DNA of 64,000 nucleotides from the NCBI RefSeq assembly GCF_009914755.1, contig NC_060942.1. One strand, written 5' to 3'. A program made the translations under genes and the position numbers. This DNA is from the human T2T-CHM13v2.0 reference genome, Homo sapiens. The notes beneath the pieces were generated by a model. It was not told the DNA's origin. It saw only the letters and a program-made list of their open reading frames with translations, and did not search any database. Below, piece after piece: positions 1 to 16,756 of the stretch (position 1 is its first letter; each line of letters starts with the position of its first letter).

Positions 1-34
1 GCCAGGTTTCTATCTTATTAGTTAATTATCCTAA

Positions 35-688
<654 letters not shown>

Positions 689-1131
689 TAGTATAGTTCA
701 GTTTTGTTTTAGGTTGAAGGGATAGCTATTGCCAGAAATTTCCATTTGAGTGCCGAATAAATTTAAATTTCATGGCTTTAAATATCTGGTTCTCATATAA
801 TTTGTTTCCTAAAATAAACTTAAGAACAATAGCTGTCAACATTTTAAAACAATTATCTTTGTGAAATTATATACACAATGTTACAGCAAGGGTTCACAGC
901 TCAATATATAAGCTCTAGTAAGTAACTAGGATGAGAGCTTTGCCTCTCCACTAAGCAAGCACAAGAACAAGTAACAGATCAGAGAAGGAAGACTCCTCCC
1001 ATGCACCAGGCCAGCGTCAGTGGACAGGTGCTACTGCACTGATGCCCTGACACAGTCCTGAACAGGATTTGGTGCATCTCATGAGACCACCAAATTTATG
1101 GTATAAGTATAACAGGAGTAATCTAAAGATA

Positions 1132-1441
<310 letters not shown>

Positions 1442-2553
1442 CTATACCCAAGTTCTATTTAAGTTAGACTCAATGCCTTCACAGTGTCTAAAAGTGGTTA
1501 ACACTTAGCTAAGACCTCCTGATCTTTCTCTAAGTCTCTAGATTATTCTATTCCCCAGATGAAACCACACAAGAAAAACCCCCACTTACATTTGAAAAGT
1601 CCTTTATGGTTTAAAATGTATTTCCTCATATTACCACAATTCACCCTCATCACACATCCATGAGGTTAATGGAACAGTAGTATCATTATCACCATCTCCG
1701 TTTTAGAAATGAAAAAAGTGAGACCACAAATATTAAGCGACTTTCCCAGGGTAACAGTAAATGGCAGACCAAGACTCAAACTTACTATACAACACAGAAT
1801 AAATCAGGGGCTAAGGCTAAGAGTTACATGGCAAGAGGGAGTGTAGGCAGCTAGCTCAGGAGAGGGCCAAAGCAGGGGAGAGCCAGTAGTTCATAAGCAC
1901 AGCTGGGTGGGGGTGGAGGCAGCCCCGCATCTCCTAGCGGAGGGCATAATCCTGCAGCAGAGCCCACTCCTCAACTTGGCCAGTGGCTCAGGGAAGGGAG
2001 CACGGGATGTGCAGCTATGCCCTTGCCTATGCCTCAAACAGGTCCTAGGCTGTAAGCAGTGGCACAGTCAGCATGATCCAAAGACAGCATTTACAAAGCT
2101 AAGACAGGGAACCAAGATCCATGACATTCCCAGACCTTAAAACCCTTACCGGAAGGCAAATTGAACAATAAAATCAGCAAATCATTTGCACCACATGCTG
2201 CACACCTACTGCGTCTCACTGCAGGCACTGCAGTGGGTATGTGATAGATAGAATCTATCCTTGTTTTCCCCTGCTCAAGGCTGCCCCAAAAGTTCAGGGT
2301 GGCAAAAAACTGAGACACCAGAATAGTGTTATCTTAAAACAGAAAGAAATTGAGAGAGAGAGAGAGACCATTTCAGTCAACAGGTGGGTACTACAGATAA
2401 GGAAACCAAGGCCCAAGAATTTGCCCTCAATAAGAAATAGATGAAATACACTAAGAAACTATTATAAAAGACCTACTTAAGTGGCTTTCACCGAATGGTT
2501 CTTACTAGTGAGGAAGTTACTTCTCACTAAATATCATCATATGTCTTACTTAC

Positions 2554-2709
2554 CTTTTGGCCTTCAGCACATGTAGGACAGCCCTCAAAAACAGTTCATC
2601 AAATTCAACCTGTAGTTTCTCCATAGAGTAGGGCTGTTGGGCCAATCCTGAGCCTTGGTTATGGCTCACATACTGTGCCCAATGGTCACTTACATAACCA
2701 AGAGTCATC
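2554..2709 (-). CDS. EPG5: EPG5 exon 10 ([10 protein letters not shown]...VLKAKR), 156 nt; gene continues beyond the window start
   Basis: Acceptor ctcag/G, donor AAG/gtaagt; ORF 2550..2744. Confidence 0.95.
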
Positions 2710-2779
2710 CTGAGCATGAGGAAAGATAATACAGTACTTTTCATTAGCTCAATATCTGCACCTTTATATTACATTTCCA

Positions 2780-4480
2780 ACATTCATTTATTCAACACAT
2801 ATTTATTGAGCACCTACTATCCACCTACTATTGTCCAGGTTCTGAAACTAATGAAATGGGGAAAATAAAATCCTACCTTCATGGAGCTTACATTTAGTGA
2901 AGGGCAAAGAGACAACAAATAAAATAAAGTCATATACAGTCTGTCACATGGTTGTAAGTGACACTGAGAAAGATAAAGCCAGAGAAAGGAATAAAGTATG
3001 TCTGGAGGTGGAGGGGTGGGCAGGATAAGGAGGTGGGTTGGGAGCACGAAAGGGCTTACTAAAGAGGGACATTTGATAATGTCTGGAAAACAGTGAGGAA
3101 TCACATAAGTCTCTATGAGAAGAGTGTCCACGTAGAAGAAACAGCCAATGCAAAAGCGCCGAGGGGTGTCAGGTATGTTTAGGAACAGCAAGGAGGCCAA
3201 TGTGCTGAGAGGTAGACTGGCTGGAGATGAAATCAGAAAAGTGGCAGGAAACCAGATCGTGAGGGGCCCTGCAGGCCACTGTGAGGACGTCGGCTTTTTC
3301 CCTGAGTGCAGTGGGGAGCACAGTAGGGTCCTGGGCAGACAGTGAATGGGCTGACTCACAATTCATAAGGAACACTGGCTGTTTAAGAATACACTGAGGT
3401 GGGGAAAGGGCAGAAGCGGGTGGTGGGCAAAGTCAGAAGCAGGAAGATAAGTCAGGAGGTTTAGGAATGAAATGGGGTGCTAGCAGTGAAGGCGGTAAGA
3501 AGCAGCTAGATTCTGGAAGGAGCATGTTTCATTGATTCAAAAGGATGCATGTCTTTCACACTAGTATCCCTGCAATTAGAACGTCAGAATCCATGTTAAT
3601 ATTAATGATGTGATGCCATAATTTGGCAGCATTTTCCCTATGTTAGTGGCATATAAAATGTATCTTAAAAAATAATTGGTGGCATTTTAGATTTGATAAA
3701 AGATGGTATTTTGATGGTGGAGATGATAAAATTTGCAGTTAGATTGAATGTGGGGTATAAAAGAAAGAAAAGCCACAGGTGGCACCAGGTGTTTTGGCCT
3801 GAGAAACTAGAATAGAGTTGCTACTTAATGAAACTGGGAGTAGTAGTTTGGGAAGGGGGGAGAGTGAGTTCATTTTGAGAACACTACGTTACAATGTTAA
3901 TGAGTCATCCAAGTGGAGGTGCTCGGTTGGTAGTTGAATATACAATGTGTTTATGAGAGAGGTATGGACTGGAAATATAACTCTGAGAATTGTAACAGTG
4001 TTTAGATATTTAAAGATGAATGAATGACATCTCAAAAAGCAAGTGTAGATAAAGAGAAGAGAGGTCCAGGGACTGAGCCCTGAGACACTCTAACATTAAG
4101 AAGCCTGGAAGTGAGAATGAAACAACCAAGGAGGCAGAAAAGGGACTGTCAGTGAAATGGTGGAGAAATCAGGAGAATGTGGTATCCTGGAAGCCAAGGA
4201 AAGAAAATGTTTTAAGGATAAAATGATCAACTAACTACGAGAAAGGCTGCTATGTAAGCTGCGTGAGAGATGCCAAGTAGGATGAAGAGACCCAGAACTG
4301 GCCACTGGATCTGGAGCACAAGGTTCATTAGAGATCTTCATCTGTAGGAGCTGTTTGGGTAGCGGTGGGAGGAAAAGCAAGTTCAAGTGAGGATGGAGGA
4401 ATAAAATGGGAACTAATAGACGATCTGAAGGCAAGCCCTTATGGGAAATTGTTCTGCAATTAGAAGGTATGAGAAGAATC
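2780..4480 (-). mobile_element. L2 LINE relic
   Basis: L2 3' signature cattcatttattcaacacatatttattgagcacctact followed by purine-rich L2-like sequence; boundaries approximate. Confidence 0.75.
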
Positions 4481-4895
4481 TGCACTAGATACAAAAAGTA
4501 AGCAGATGGAAAGAAAAACAAAGAAAGAATAATCATAATACACTACAGCTGTTATTTACACAATAATGTAAACAGTGATCTTAAAACAGTAATGATACCA
4601 ACGTCCTTCCTATAGAGTTACTGAGAGAATAAAATAAGAAATCACAGTCCTGGCATACAGTAAGCACGCAATCCTACATCATGTAAGTGAGCTTATGGAC
4701 AAATTTTATTTATGGTCTTATTTATTAAGAAAAATCAGAAAAAGAACGTCTGGATGGACTTCTGTTAATAACAGGTAGATGGGCTTTTAGCTTTTAACAA
4801 ATTTATCTCCAAGTCACCAGCCATCCTCCCTCCCACTGTCTCATTCTCCTAACTCTATACTCAAGGCTTTCTCTAGACCTCAGGAGGGACCCCCA

Positions 4896-5585
<690 letters not shown>

Positions 5586-6114
5586 TAAAAGTAATTTTGT
5601 TTTGGAAGCGAAAGGAGGGAGAGAAGTTTTGTAGTTTTATGGAGTTTCTTTTGGGTGGGGAAGGAAGTTGAATAACAGCATACGTATATGCTATAAGAAA
5701 TGATCCAGTAAAGACAATTAAAATTAATAAAGCAGAAAAAAGAGTATAAAATTAATTCAAAGAAAAGCAGTACATATTCTCTAAATTTATTAAGACAGCT
5801 GAAGCAGTAAGAGCCTGTATTTTCCTAGATGCCTTCTCTCTCACCCAGACTTCAACCCAGCAACAGCTTTGGGGATCTCAACTCCAAGAACAATCATCTA
5901 GCAAGCCAGTTAAATTTGAGATAATTAACGAAATACTCTAACTGGAAGCAATTATGAAATTCCCATCTTATAGATGGTGAAGAAAAAAATCTTAACTATT
6001 ACGAGAAATAAGACCTGAGGTTTACAACTAAAACGTCCATCATCCCAATTATGCAGTATCTGTGTCTGACCAGGGTGAAAGGAACAGAGAAGGGTAGAGC
6101 AACAGCAGTATTAC

Positions 6115-6265
6115 CTGATCATATAACCAATTCGCTTCACAAACTGCCTATAGCGTGCTCTATTAAAGGTTTCTAACCCCACAGCCAGAAGTTCCACTAG
6201 TGAGTTGGCAAAGGCAAAAATTTTCATCATCTCTTGAGGTCTTGTTGTTTCAGGTAAATAATCAC
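6115..6265 (-). CDS. EPG5: EPG5 exon 9 ([10 protein letters not shown]...IGYMIR), 151 nt
   Basis: Acceptor ttctag/GT, donor CAG/gtaata. Confidence 0.95.
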
Positions 6266-6593
6266 CTAGAAGTTAATCAGATAAAAGAAAAAAATCATAG
6301 TTACTATGAAAAAACATGAACGGATACATCTGTATAAATATTTTAATGAGGACTCAAAGCCAAGGTGGAGAAGAACTGACAGTCTCATTACTCTGGCTCC
6401 CATATCAACATGAAATGGGAAAAAACTTGAGACAATGTGCCAAATTAAAAACAATTTATTTAAGTTGGGAATGTGCAAGCTAGCTAGCTTTCTCACATTT
6501 AAGCACCAAGTGGGAAATTACAAGCACAAGAGGAGCCTAGAACAGCTAGGCACAAGAAACCCGAGTTGGAGCCTACACAAGAAGTAAGACTCG

Positions 6594-6891
<298 letters not shown>

Positions 6892-6958
6892 TCAATGCAG
6901 AGTTCCTGTGTTTACACTTGCCACTACCACATTTTACACTTAAGAGAAATGAGTCTAC

Positions 6959-7073
6959 CTTTTGCTTTAAACCCAAGAAGATGCTGAAAGAGTTCATGAA
7001 AGGGGAACTGTGCTAAAATGGTAACCAAATCATCTTCATTAAGGAGAATCCAACTGGTCTCAGGGTCTTCATC
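6959..7073 (-). CDS. EPG5: EPG5 exon 8 ([11 protein letters not shown]...GFKAK), includes LIR2 W567-I-L-L
   Basis: Acceptor cttag/GAT, donor AAG/gtagac; 115 nt. Confidence 0.95.
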
Positions 7074-7426
7074 CTAAGGGAAAAGACAAAAAATCATGTC
7101 AGCAGATTTGATCAGATCACACTATGATCTAGCGTTACAGGAGCTAAATTATCACAGGTCTCAATGGTATACATGTGATATCCTCATGAGTCTTCATGGA
7201 CCTTTTCTCCAGGACAGCAATTTATAGTATCAGTTCCACAGACAGTTACACAGTAAATCCCCTGAAATTCCAAGCACAATTTTATATGTATCTGGGTCAC
7301 AGCAAGTGATTGAAACTGCTCTCATTAAATGTCCATCCCAAAGAAAATAGAAAAAAAGAAATCCTCTAGAGTGAGGACCTTATAGGGATCAGTGCTTTGA
7401 TAACATCAATTAAAGAACCACAGATG

Positions 7427-7716
7427 GGCCGGGCGCGGTGGCTCATGCCTATAATCCCAGCACTTTGGAAGGCCGAGGCGGGCAGATCACCTGAGGTCAG
7501 GAGTCCAAGAGCAGCCTGGGCAACATGGTGAAACCCCATCTCTACTAAAAATACAAAAATTAGCCAGATGTGGTGGCATGCACCTGTAATCCCAACAACT
7601 TAGGAGGCCAAGGCATGAGAATTATTTGAACCTGGGAGTCGGAGGTTGCAGTGAGCCGAGATCACACCATTGCACTCCAGGCTGGGTGACAGAACGAGAC
7701 TCCATCTCAAAAAAAA
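7427..7716 (+). mobile_element. Alu
   Basis: Consensus Alu; target-site duplication aagaacca(c/t)agatg. Confidence 0.92.
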
Positions 7717-9354
7717 CAAGAACCATAGATGAGAGTTCAAAGTTATGTTAGCTGCAATTCTCTTCTCCCAAAATCAAGATCTATGTAGTATGCAACAGAC
7801 TTAAGACGAAGCAATTGACATTTGCTATAGGTGACTAAAGTTCTGTTGTCAATTACTGCTGCCAAAAGCAGTATAAAAATAACAGTGGTCATACACAAAG
7901 ATTACATAGGGGAAATCTTTGCGGTCTTTTCGTTTGACACAGAGCACTAAAGTCACCTTAGAAACCAAGTTGATTCATGTCCCTTAGGACATGACCATTA
8001 AAAAGGACGCTACCATTAAAAAGGGAAGGAAGTAAAAAGATCCTGAGAACCTGAAGAATATATCACCTCAATTTCAACAAGGGACTAAGGCAAAATCATT
8101 CATAATTTCCTTAAGCCACTCAATTTTTACACTCTTATTATGTATCTAAAATGGCTAACAAGCATTTCAGAAACTCTACTTAAGGCAGTAGTTCTCAACT
8201 TAGCTATTCTCAACTCAAAGGTACATTTAACCCCCAGGGAGGCTTTTAACTATTTGGATGTCTGGGTGTGGGCCTGGGCAAGGTTTGCAAGTTGCCCAGG
8301 TGATTCTAGTATATAGCTAGTAACAAGAAACCAATGATGTGGATAATTCAGAGTGCCTTCCTCCCTACAGCCTTTTCTGAGGTAATGGCACTCCCAACTT
8401 TCTCATCTACTCCTCAAGTTCTTGAATTCACTGAATATTTAGGGAGTGCTAAACAGGAGCCAGGCACCAATGCAGGGTGAGATAATTAATCAAATATTTT
8501 GACTGGAAGTATTTATAACGCCTAATCATTACATGTAATTATAACGCTCCTTAATCATTATCTGTCTGGGATTAAATGCAGGAAACCTACCAGAAAAAAA
8601 GACTTCTCCCCCAAGAAAGACCACTCTAAAAAAAACATATTGCTCCACTACAATCTTTAAAAGACCAATCTGTACTGGCTCCTAAGAAGCTTGCTTCAGA
8701 ATGACTCCTCAGTTTCTAGCAAAAATGCCTGCACATCCACGTCATTTACCACCACCTGACCACCTCCTCCTGCAAGTCTCAGGAAGAGAAAAACGACTGT
8801 GAAGGGGGCTCCCTACTTCTGAATGAGCACTCTGGGAAATACACAGACACGATCCAACAGCTGCCACGGCTGTCATTCTGAGAACTGTTGGCTGGACACT
8901 TTCATCTCCTTTTAAGAGAGGGATTATAATAAATCGGTCACTGGACATTCTAGACAAGAACACCAAATCAAGATTCAGACCAAAATAAAGGACTAGAACT
9001 GATAATTAGCTGGAGAACAGAACTGCTTACAAATCTAATCACAATGACTATAGTAGAAAGGAAAATTAACAAGGGTGATCTCGAGAAGCTGGATTTTGAT
9101 CATTAAATTCTCACCAAAAATGGAAAACCATCTTCTACCTTTCAAATGAGAATTTCTGGATAAGAAGTTTATGAGTTAAGGGAAAACTTTGCTAAGCTCC
9201 AGCTCTTTATTTCTCAGATTCATATCATCTGTAGGTGAGGCTCCAACCCCAGCAACTTGTTACTATATAAAAAAACTCCTAATATACATCTTATGTAATA
9301 TGACTTTAATTTCCAGGTGCCAAATTCTCCCAGCTGAACAGAATGATATTCTAG

Positions 9355-9590
9355 AGAAGGGGTGCAGCACAGCACACTGGCTCAAAGCATAGGCTCTGGA
9401 GGCTCCACATTTAATGACCCTATGGTTTAAGAGAAGATACTTCACACCCCTGCACCTCAGTTTCCTCATCTATAAAATAGGAATCATAAGTCTTTACCTC
9501 ATGGAGTTGCTGAGAGAATTAAATGAGATACTATGTGAAAAGTGCTTAGAACAATACTTGGTGCATAAGAAGAGTTCACAATGATTCATC
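9355..9590 (+). mobile_element. MIR SINE
   Basis: MIR core cctcagtttcctcatctataaaatagg...aaagtgcttagaacaata. Confidence 0.8.
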
Positions 9591-9616
9591 AAAATAATGC
9601 AGATATGACAAGTTAC

Positions 9617-9722
9617 CTCTTCTCCTCCTTCGTCTACTAGCGTCCAAGTCCCAGACCCAGGCCCTGAGGAGGATGGCTTCCGCTCGCTGGGCTTCATGTG
9701 GCACATAAACTCAGCTCGATTT
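9617..9722 (-). CDS. EPG5: EPG5 exon 7 ([10 protein letters not shown]...[10 protein letters not shown]), includes LIR1 W550-T-L-V
   Basis: Acceptor ctttag/A, donor GAG/gtaact; ORF 9494..9733; 106 nt. Confidence 0.96.
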
Positions 9723-10086
9723 CTAAAGGACAAGAATAATCACTCCCATCACTTAGATGTAGGCTACGTGAGTGCATTGTGGATTCTCTACTCACCCTGA
9801 AGAAGAGCCACACATCATCCCAATCTTCCAATGGTTTAAATTAGTGAATAAGAACTGGCCAAAAACCAAGGCTAATAAAACTGCACTAATTTTGGTGGAG
9901 AATGCAACCATTCTGAATTAGTAATGATGAATAATTGCAGAAAAGCAGCTACACTAGCACAGCTCCCTGCATGATGCAGGACCTCAATACATATGCTGCG
10001 GACCTTAACTCAAACCAGGCTCACAAAGTCTTGCCAGGGAAACTATTTTAGCAACTATGAGTTACTGAATAAAAAAGGGTAATGGA

Positions 10087-11027
<941 letters not shown>

Positions 11028-11455
11028 CAATCCATTCTTCAAACACAGCTCAGTTACCATGAAACACTCTGACTACTCCACTCAACTCTTTATTCTCTTC
11101 ATTTCTATTGCATAGCTTCGCAATTTAGCACTTAAATCTCTCTGTGCTATTTCTCTTCTGGCATTAAATCTCTTCTTCCAAGAAACAGATCACCTTTTTT
11201 GTCTGTAGCACCTTTCACAATAGTATATATGACCCACTAAAAGGGGGAACCCATAAAAATGGTTGCTTATATATAAGCAGTTGAAGGGTCACTTTGAAAC
11301 AAGTATCAAACCCAAAGAAAATCTGCAATGTTAAATTCTAGAATGCCAACACTTCCCTTAGCTGTTCTTCTTTGGATCTAGGCAGTTTCAGGAGCCAATC
11401 CTTTAGAAGAAAGAAGCATTTCAATCTCTACTTCACAAAGCTCTTGCACACTTAC

Positions 11456-11529
11456 TTGACAGGAGACATCAGCAGGGCAAGGGATTGCATAAAATGAAAG
11501 ACCCCTGATGGGTTATGCAACACTTTGAT
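11456..11529 (-). CDS. EPG5: EPG5 exon 6 (IKVLHNPSGVF...MSPVK), 74 nt
   Basis: Acceptor tttcag/ATC, donor CAA/gtaagt. Confidence 0.95.
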
Positions 11530-12436
11530 CTGAAATCAGAAAAGCAAAAAGCATACTGTAGAAAACAAATAACCCAAGTGTCCATAATCTTGGTTCACAA
11601 GCATTCTGACCAAAGTTGCTGTTAAGAGAACAAAGCTGAAACTGGTACCTAATACACAAGAGTAAAGCACAGCCCATGGGTTACCTGGTGGCACTGAGTC
11701 AGCTGTACTCAAAGAGCAGAGGTAACTGAGCAGTTTCCACCAATTATCTGTAACAACATGGGATGAAGGACACTACTGCTACTTTAATCCAAAGAGAGAC
11801 AAAACAAAAACAAAAAAAATCCTCCTTCTACCTAATAAGATTCAGACTTCTTGCCACCAGAAGTGCTAAAGAAAAGGAGGTGTGGAGAAGCTGAATTTGG
11901 CAAACATTTTGGCTCCTGCAAATTCTAAGTGGTTGCTATGAGTAACAAAATGACCCAAAGGCAACAGCAGAGAGGAGAATCTAAAAACCACATAGTCAAC
12001 TCCTAAGTATACAAGAGTTGATCACATAGACCTGAGATCTCTGCTAATATTAAAGAACTTTGAGATGTGGTGGCTTCTGTTTGACCTGTACCAACTGTGG
12101 TGTAAGACAGATTGACTTAGGAAGCTGTATTGAGTACCACGGGAAAAAAGTCCTGGTGAGCCTTTCTACACAGGAATTGTGTAGAATTAAATGCGACTGA
12201 AACTACCCAGCCAGACTACAAGCAGACTTAGTACAGTCTGTACTATCAATTATGGGTAGCCCAACAAGTTTCAGTCTAAGAACTTTTATAAATGTATACT
12301 GGATATATTTTAAGAATTTTATTTTAAATATTACTCTTTTTTAAATAGTCCTTTTTTTTTCAGCAATTTCTTCAGGAATAATGTCTAATAAAACCTCTCC
12401 CCCAACCCCTCAGAATGAGTTGATGATTCATCATAC

Positions 12437-12544
12437 CTGGATAAAAGGAACAGCCCATTTACTAACACCAGCGGGGCATCGAAGAATATGGTTTAGAAGG
12501 AAGAGGTGATCTCCAGGACAGCCAACTCTTTGTAGCACGGATAC
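12437..12544 (-). CDS. EPG5: EPG5 exon 5 ([10 protein letters not shown]...AVPFIQ), 108 nt
   Basis: Acceptor gttcag/GTA, donor CAG/gtatga; phase 0-0. Confidence 0.95.
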
Positions 12545-13207
12545 CTGAACAATAAAGGTCATATGATCTCACTATTTTTAATAAAAGAAATAATTTATCT
12601 AGGGGTCTAGTAAAGTCATTTATCCAGTGCTTCAATACATGCAATCTTTCAAAAGAGTAACCAGACACAAGATATACTATTCACTGATGAGTTTCTACGA
12701 GGCCTACAAATCTATGAGTACTATGATAACATCATAAGCAGATTCTCTACAAATCTAGCTTTTTCTTCTTTGGCAAATAACAAATCACTAATTTCCTGGC
12801 CACAAGTGAATAGATATAAGTCAAGTAGTTTAATCTATTCTTAGTTTGTAATGGTTTCTTAAATCCAAATAAGTATGCTTGAAACATTATCCTTCATTTA
12901 AGAACTCTAGTACAAACCTAAAAAGAGCAACCAAGGCAGCCCCACTGAAAACATAACCAATAAATAAATAGCCCTCTTCCCATAACACACTCAACATCTT
13001 TCCTAAGTTTTCCAAATCCTTTTACCTTTCTTCTTTCTCTTAAAAGAAACATTTTTAAGCATGACATTAAATATCACGACAAAAAGAATGACATATAGAA
13101 AATTTTTGATCGATACTTTATCTAAAATGCACAAGACCAGAAGTATTTCAGACTTCAGATTTTTTCGGATTTTGGAATATTTGCATAAACATAATAAGAT
13201 ATCTTGG

Positions 13208-13574
13208 TGATATGGTTTGGATGTGTTCCCACCCAAATCTCAACTTGAATTCTATCATCCAGAATAAGATAGAATTCTTCTTCTCCATTGTGGGAGAGAC
13301 CCAGTGGGAGGTAACTGAATCATGGGGGCCGGTCTTTCCCATGCTATTCTCATGATAGTGAATAAGTCTCACGAGATCTGATGGGTTTATCAGGGGTTTC
13401 TGCTCTTGCTTCTTCCTCATTCTCTCTTGCCACCACCATGTACGAAGTGCCTTTTGCCCTCCACCATGATTCTGAGACCTCCTCAGCCATATGGAACTGT
13501 AAGTCAAACTAAACCTCCTTTTCTTCCCAGTCTCAGGTATGTCTTTATCAGCAGCATGAAAAAGGACTAATACA
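13208..13574 (-). mobile_element. THE1/MST MaLR solo LTR inserted in a MER2-like DNA element (about 13110-13750)
   Basis: tgatatggtttgg...ggactaataca termini; flanks read tttcggattttggaatatttgcata and aattttccacttgtggcatc, typical of MER2. Confidence 0.85.
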
Positions 13575-14054
13575 TTTGGGGCTGAAACATAAGTCTGAAC
13601 ACAATATTCATTTGTAATTCTGTACCTGAGACAAAGTTTCTATTAAGTACTTAGGTGTGGAATTTTCCACTTGTGGCATCGTATCAGCACTCAAAAAGTT
13701 TGGAATTTTGGATCATTTCAGATTTCTGAATTAGGAATCCTCAACCTGTACCTATATTCTGAATATACATCTAGTCTTCAATTTCGCATACTTCCTGCAT
13801 TTCCATTTCTTTCAAAGCTGAAGTCCAGAGTTCATTTAGCATAATCTTTACTAGAGAGAAACATACTTTGTGCTCAATAATGCACTAGATAAATAACTTA
13901 CTACCATGTATCATGATCAAAGAAAAGTCATTAATAAACTCATCAAATAAATTAGCTGAAAAAGTTGAAGACCAAATGTAATGATATAACAGATAATTCC
14001 TAAATTATGAAAGAAATAAAACAAAGACTACTGTGTCTATCTCTGTCCCCTTAC

Positions 14055-14191
14055 CAATTTCTGCAGCCAGAGAAGAATATCATCATGAAACTGAGTATCT
14101 TCATTAACTCTCCTGGTGAACATGAATAAGACACTAATGCATTCCTTTAGTTGACACAGATCAGAGGGAATGCTTTCTGTCTGCTTAGACG
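14055..14191 (-). CDS. EPG5: EPG5 exon 4 ([10 protein letters not shown]...LLWLQKL), 137 nt
   Basis: Acceptor tttacag/CG, donor TTG/gtaagg; translated by hand, phases fit. Confidence 0.95.
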
Positions 14192-14414
14192 CTGTAAATG
14201 AAAGATATTAAATGAGTCTCTCATAAATGGTGTTTTTGGGGGAATTTTTAGTGTCTTCACTTAAACCAATAACAACAAAAACCTTTAAAATATTTAGTGC
14301 AGATAAAAGGAGAAAAGTTACATCAAAATACTTAAATTTTTATAAACAGACAAGTCAAAAATGTGTTTAACTTTGAAGTATTTCAAAATAATGGAAAAAT
14401 CAACCTCATCATAA

Positions 14415-14711
14415 TTTTTTTTTTTTTTTTGACACAGCCTCCACTCTGTCACCCAGGCTGGAATGCAGTGGCGCAATCTTGACTCACTGCAACCTCCGCT
14501 TCCTGCGTTCATGCCATTCTCCTGCCTCAGCCTCTTGAGTAGCTGGGATTACTGGTGCCTGCCACTACACCCAGCTAGTTTTTGTATTTTTAGTAGAGAA
14601 GGAGTTTCACCATATTGGCCAGGCTGATCTTGAACTCCTGACCTCAAGTGATCCACCCACCTCAGCTTCCCAAATTGCTGGGATTACAGGTGTGAGCCAC
14701 CACACCCGGCC
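14415..14711 (-). mobile_element. Alu
   Basis: Reverse consensus Alu with poly(T). Confidence 0.92.
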
Positions 14712-15352
14712 ATAATCCACTATTTTTTATTTGAAAATCAGTACATCTCTGACCTACCCCCAGTTAATTGATTAGTTAAGAAAATGGGGGAGGGGGAATT
14801 TTACTTTAAAGTACCCTAATACATCCCCCAGAAATAAAAATTGCATAATTCAACAAGCATACTTAATATTCATGTCATAAAGACTAATTTCTTAAAATCC
14901 AAAATAAGATGAAAAATTCAGAACATTATTAATCCTCTGTTGGAAAATTAAACAAAACAGCCCTACAAACAAAGCAGCCCAAACAAACCACAAGAGATAA
15001 AGGGTGAAGAAGTATTCCGATGATTACTTTTATAATCAAAAACTATATTTGGACTCAACTTGGTAACAAGCACATTAACTAGGACAGCAAAGGACATTAA
15101 TGATAGATAGTGAGCTTTTTGGCATCCTAGAGAAGCAGAGAAAGACAGCCACGGAGAAAGGAGACCTGGCAATGCTCCCAAGAAATGTCATTAAGGCAGA
15201 TCTCAATCCTACAGTGGGGGAGGCCTGGTAAAACTGCAAGCACAAATGGTACCTTGTAAGACCAATTACTATACAGTCAATTCAACCAGGCTATACCCCT
15301 CAATTTTTTTTTACTTCAAAACACAAGAAAGAGAGCTTCATTACTTACATAC

Positions 15353-15596
15353 CTCGGCCTTGCTGGTGAATTGCTGAAGATCTCAGAACAGCTGAACTAC
15401 TGAGCAATGCATAGATGTAAGACTCCACTTGCAATCTTGAGAGCACAGAAGTATAAGAATGAAGGGCCAGGGTCTGGTGGAGGTGCTCAGATTTGGCATC
15501 GAATAGCTTCTTTAGCTCCACCAGTGCATTTTCATTCATTTCTACTCTTTGGTAGCGATGATAGCTGAAAACTTTCACTTGATCTGCACAGATACC
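15353..15596 (-). CDS. EPG5: EPG5 exon 3 ([10 protein letters not shown]...HQQGR), 244 nt
   Basis: Acceptor ggtag/GGT, donor GAG/gtatgt; ORF 15345..15578; frame continues into exon 4. Confidence 0.95.
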
Positions 15597-15791
15597 CTAC
15601 CAGAGGACAAAAAGGTACAATATGAAACCAGTTACTCTTTCCATTTGAAGTAAGCAGGCAGCAAGTATAAGGTACACAGGCTTCAGTACCATCTTCAAAG
15701 AGCTTATAATCATGGTGAGGAGACATATTACTGTGTAGAGAACATTACCAGCAAATATATGATCAGGTGCAAAGGAACAGAAGGCCAATCA

Positions 15792-16358
<567 letters not shown>

Positions 16359-16622
16359 TCAATACAGTATTTCCAAATATTTCCCTCCTTACTATGTACA
16401 GAGATATACAGGTCTGCCAATGAATGAGGATTAGGGATAGGGGAATGACATGTTTCTCCCCAATATCCCCTCCAGCTTCCCTTCACTGCCAAACTTGTCA
16501 AGAGTAACCTCTTCTTCCTTGCCATCTCTCCTAAGCCACTATGAAATGGCTTATGATCACTTTGGCCTCCATAGGGTTGCATCTAATGGTCTTCTCCATC
16601 CCCTCTCAAACTTGAGAGGACG

Positions 16623-16756
16623 TCTCCCCCTTCCTTTGGGGGCTCTGTGTTACACATCAGGGACTCTCCATTGCTTATAGTTAAGAAGGTGAGTTTCACT
16701 CTCATTTTGTCCACTGGCATCATCCTGGAGCTAGGAATCAGTTACTACCTTCAGAT
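16623..16756. repeat. Intronic direct copy of EPG5 exon 2 segment 18032-18179
   Basis: Manual alignment: 5 substitutions and one 14-nt deletion. Confidence 0.95.

Noticed and set aside
2817-3359. 180-aa minus-strand ORF
   Set aside because: Lies within an L2 relic; low-complexity translation.
9788-9810. cttcttcagggtgagt upstream of exon 7 as a recursive splice site
   Set aside because: An extra G separates AG from GT, so it is not an AG/GT ratchet point, and the intron is short.
16623-16756. Exon 2 copy as a functional alternative exon
   Set aside because: Frameshifting 14-nt deletion and no convincing minus-strand splice sites at its edges.
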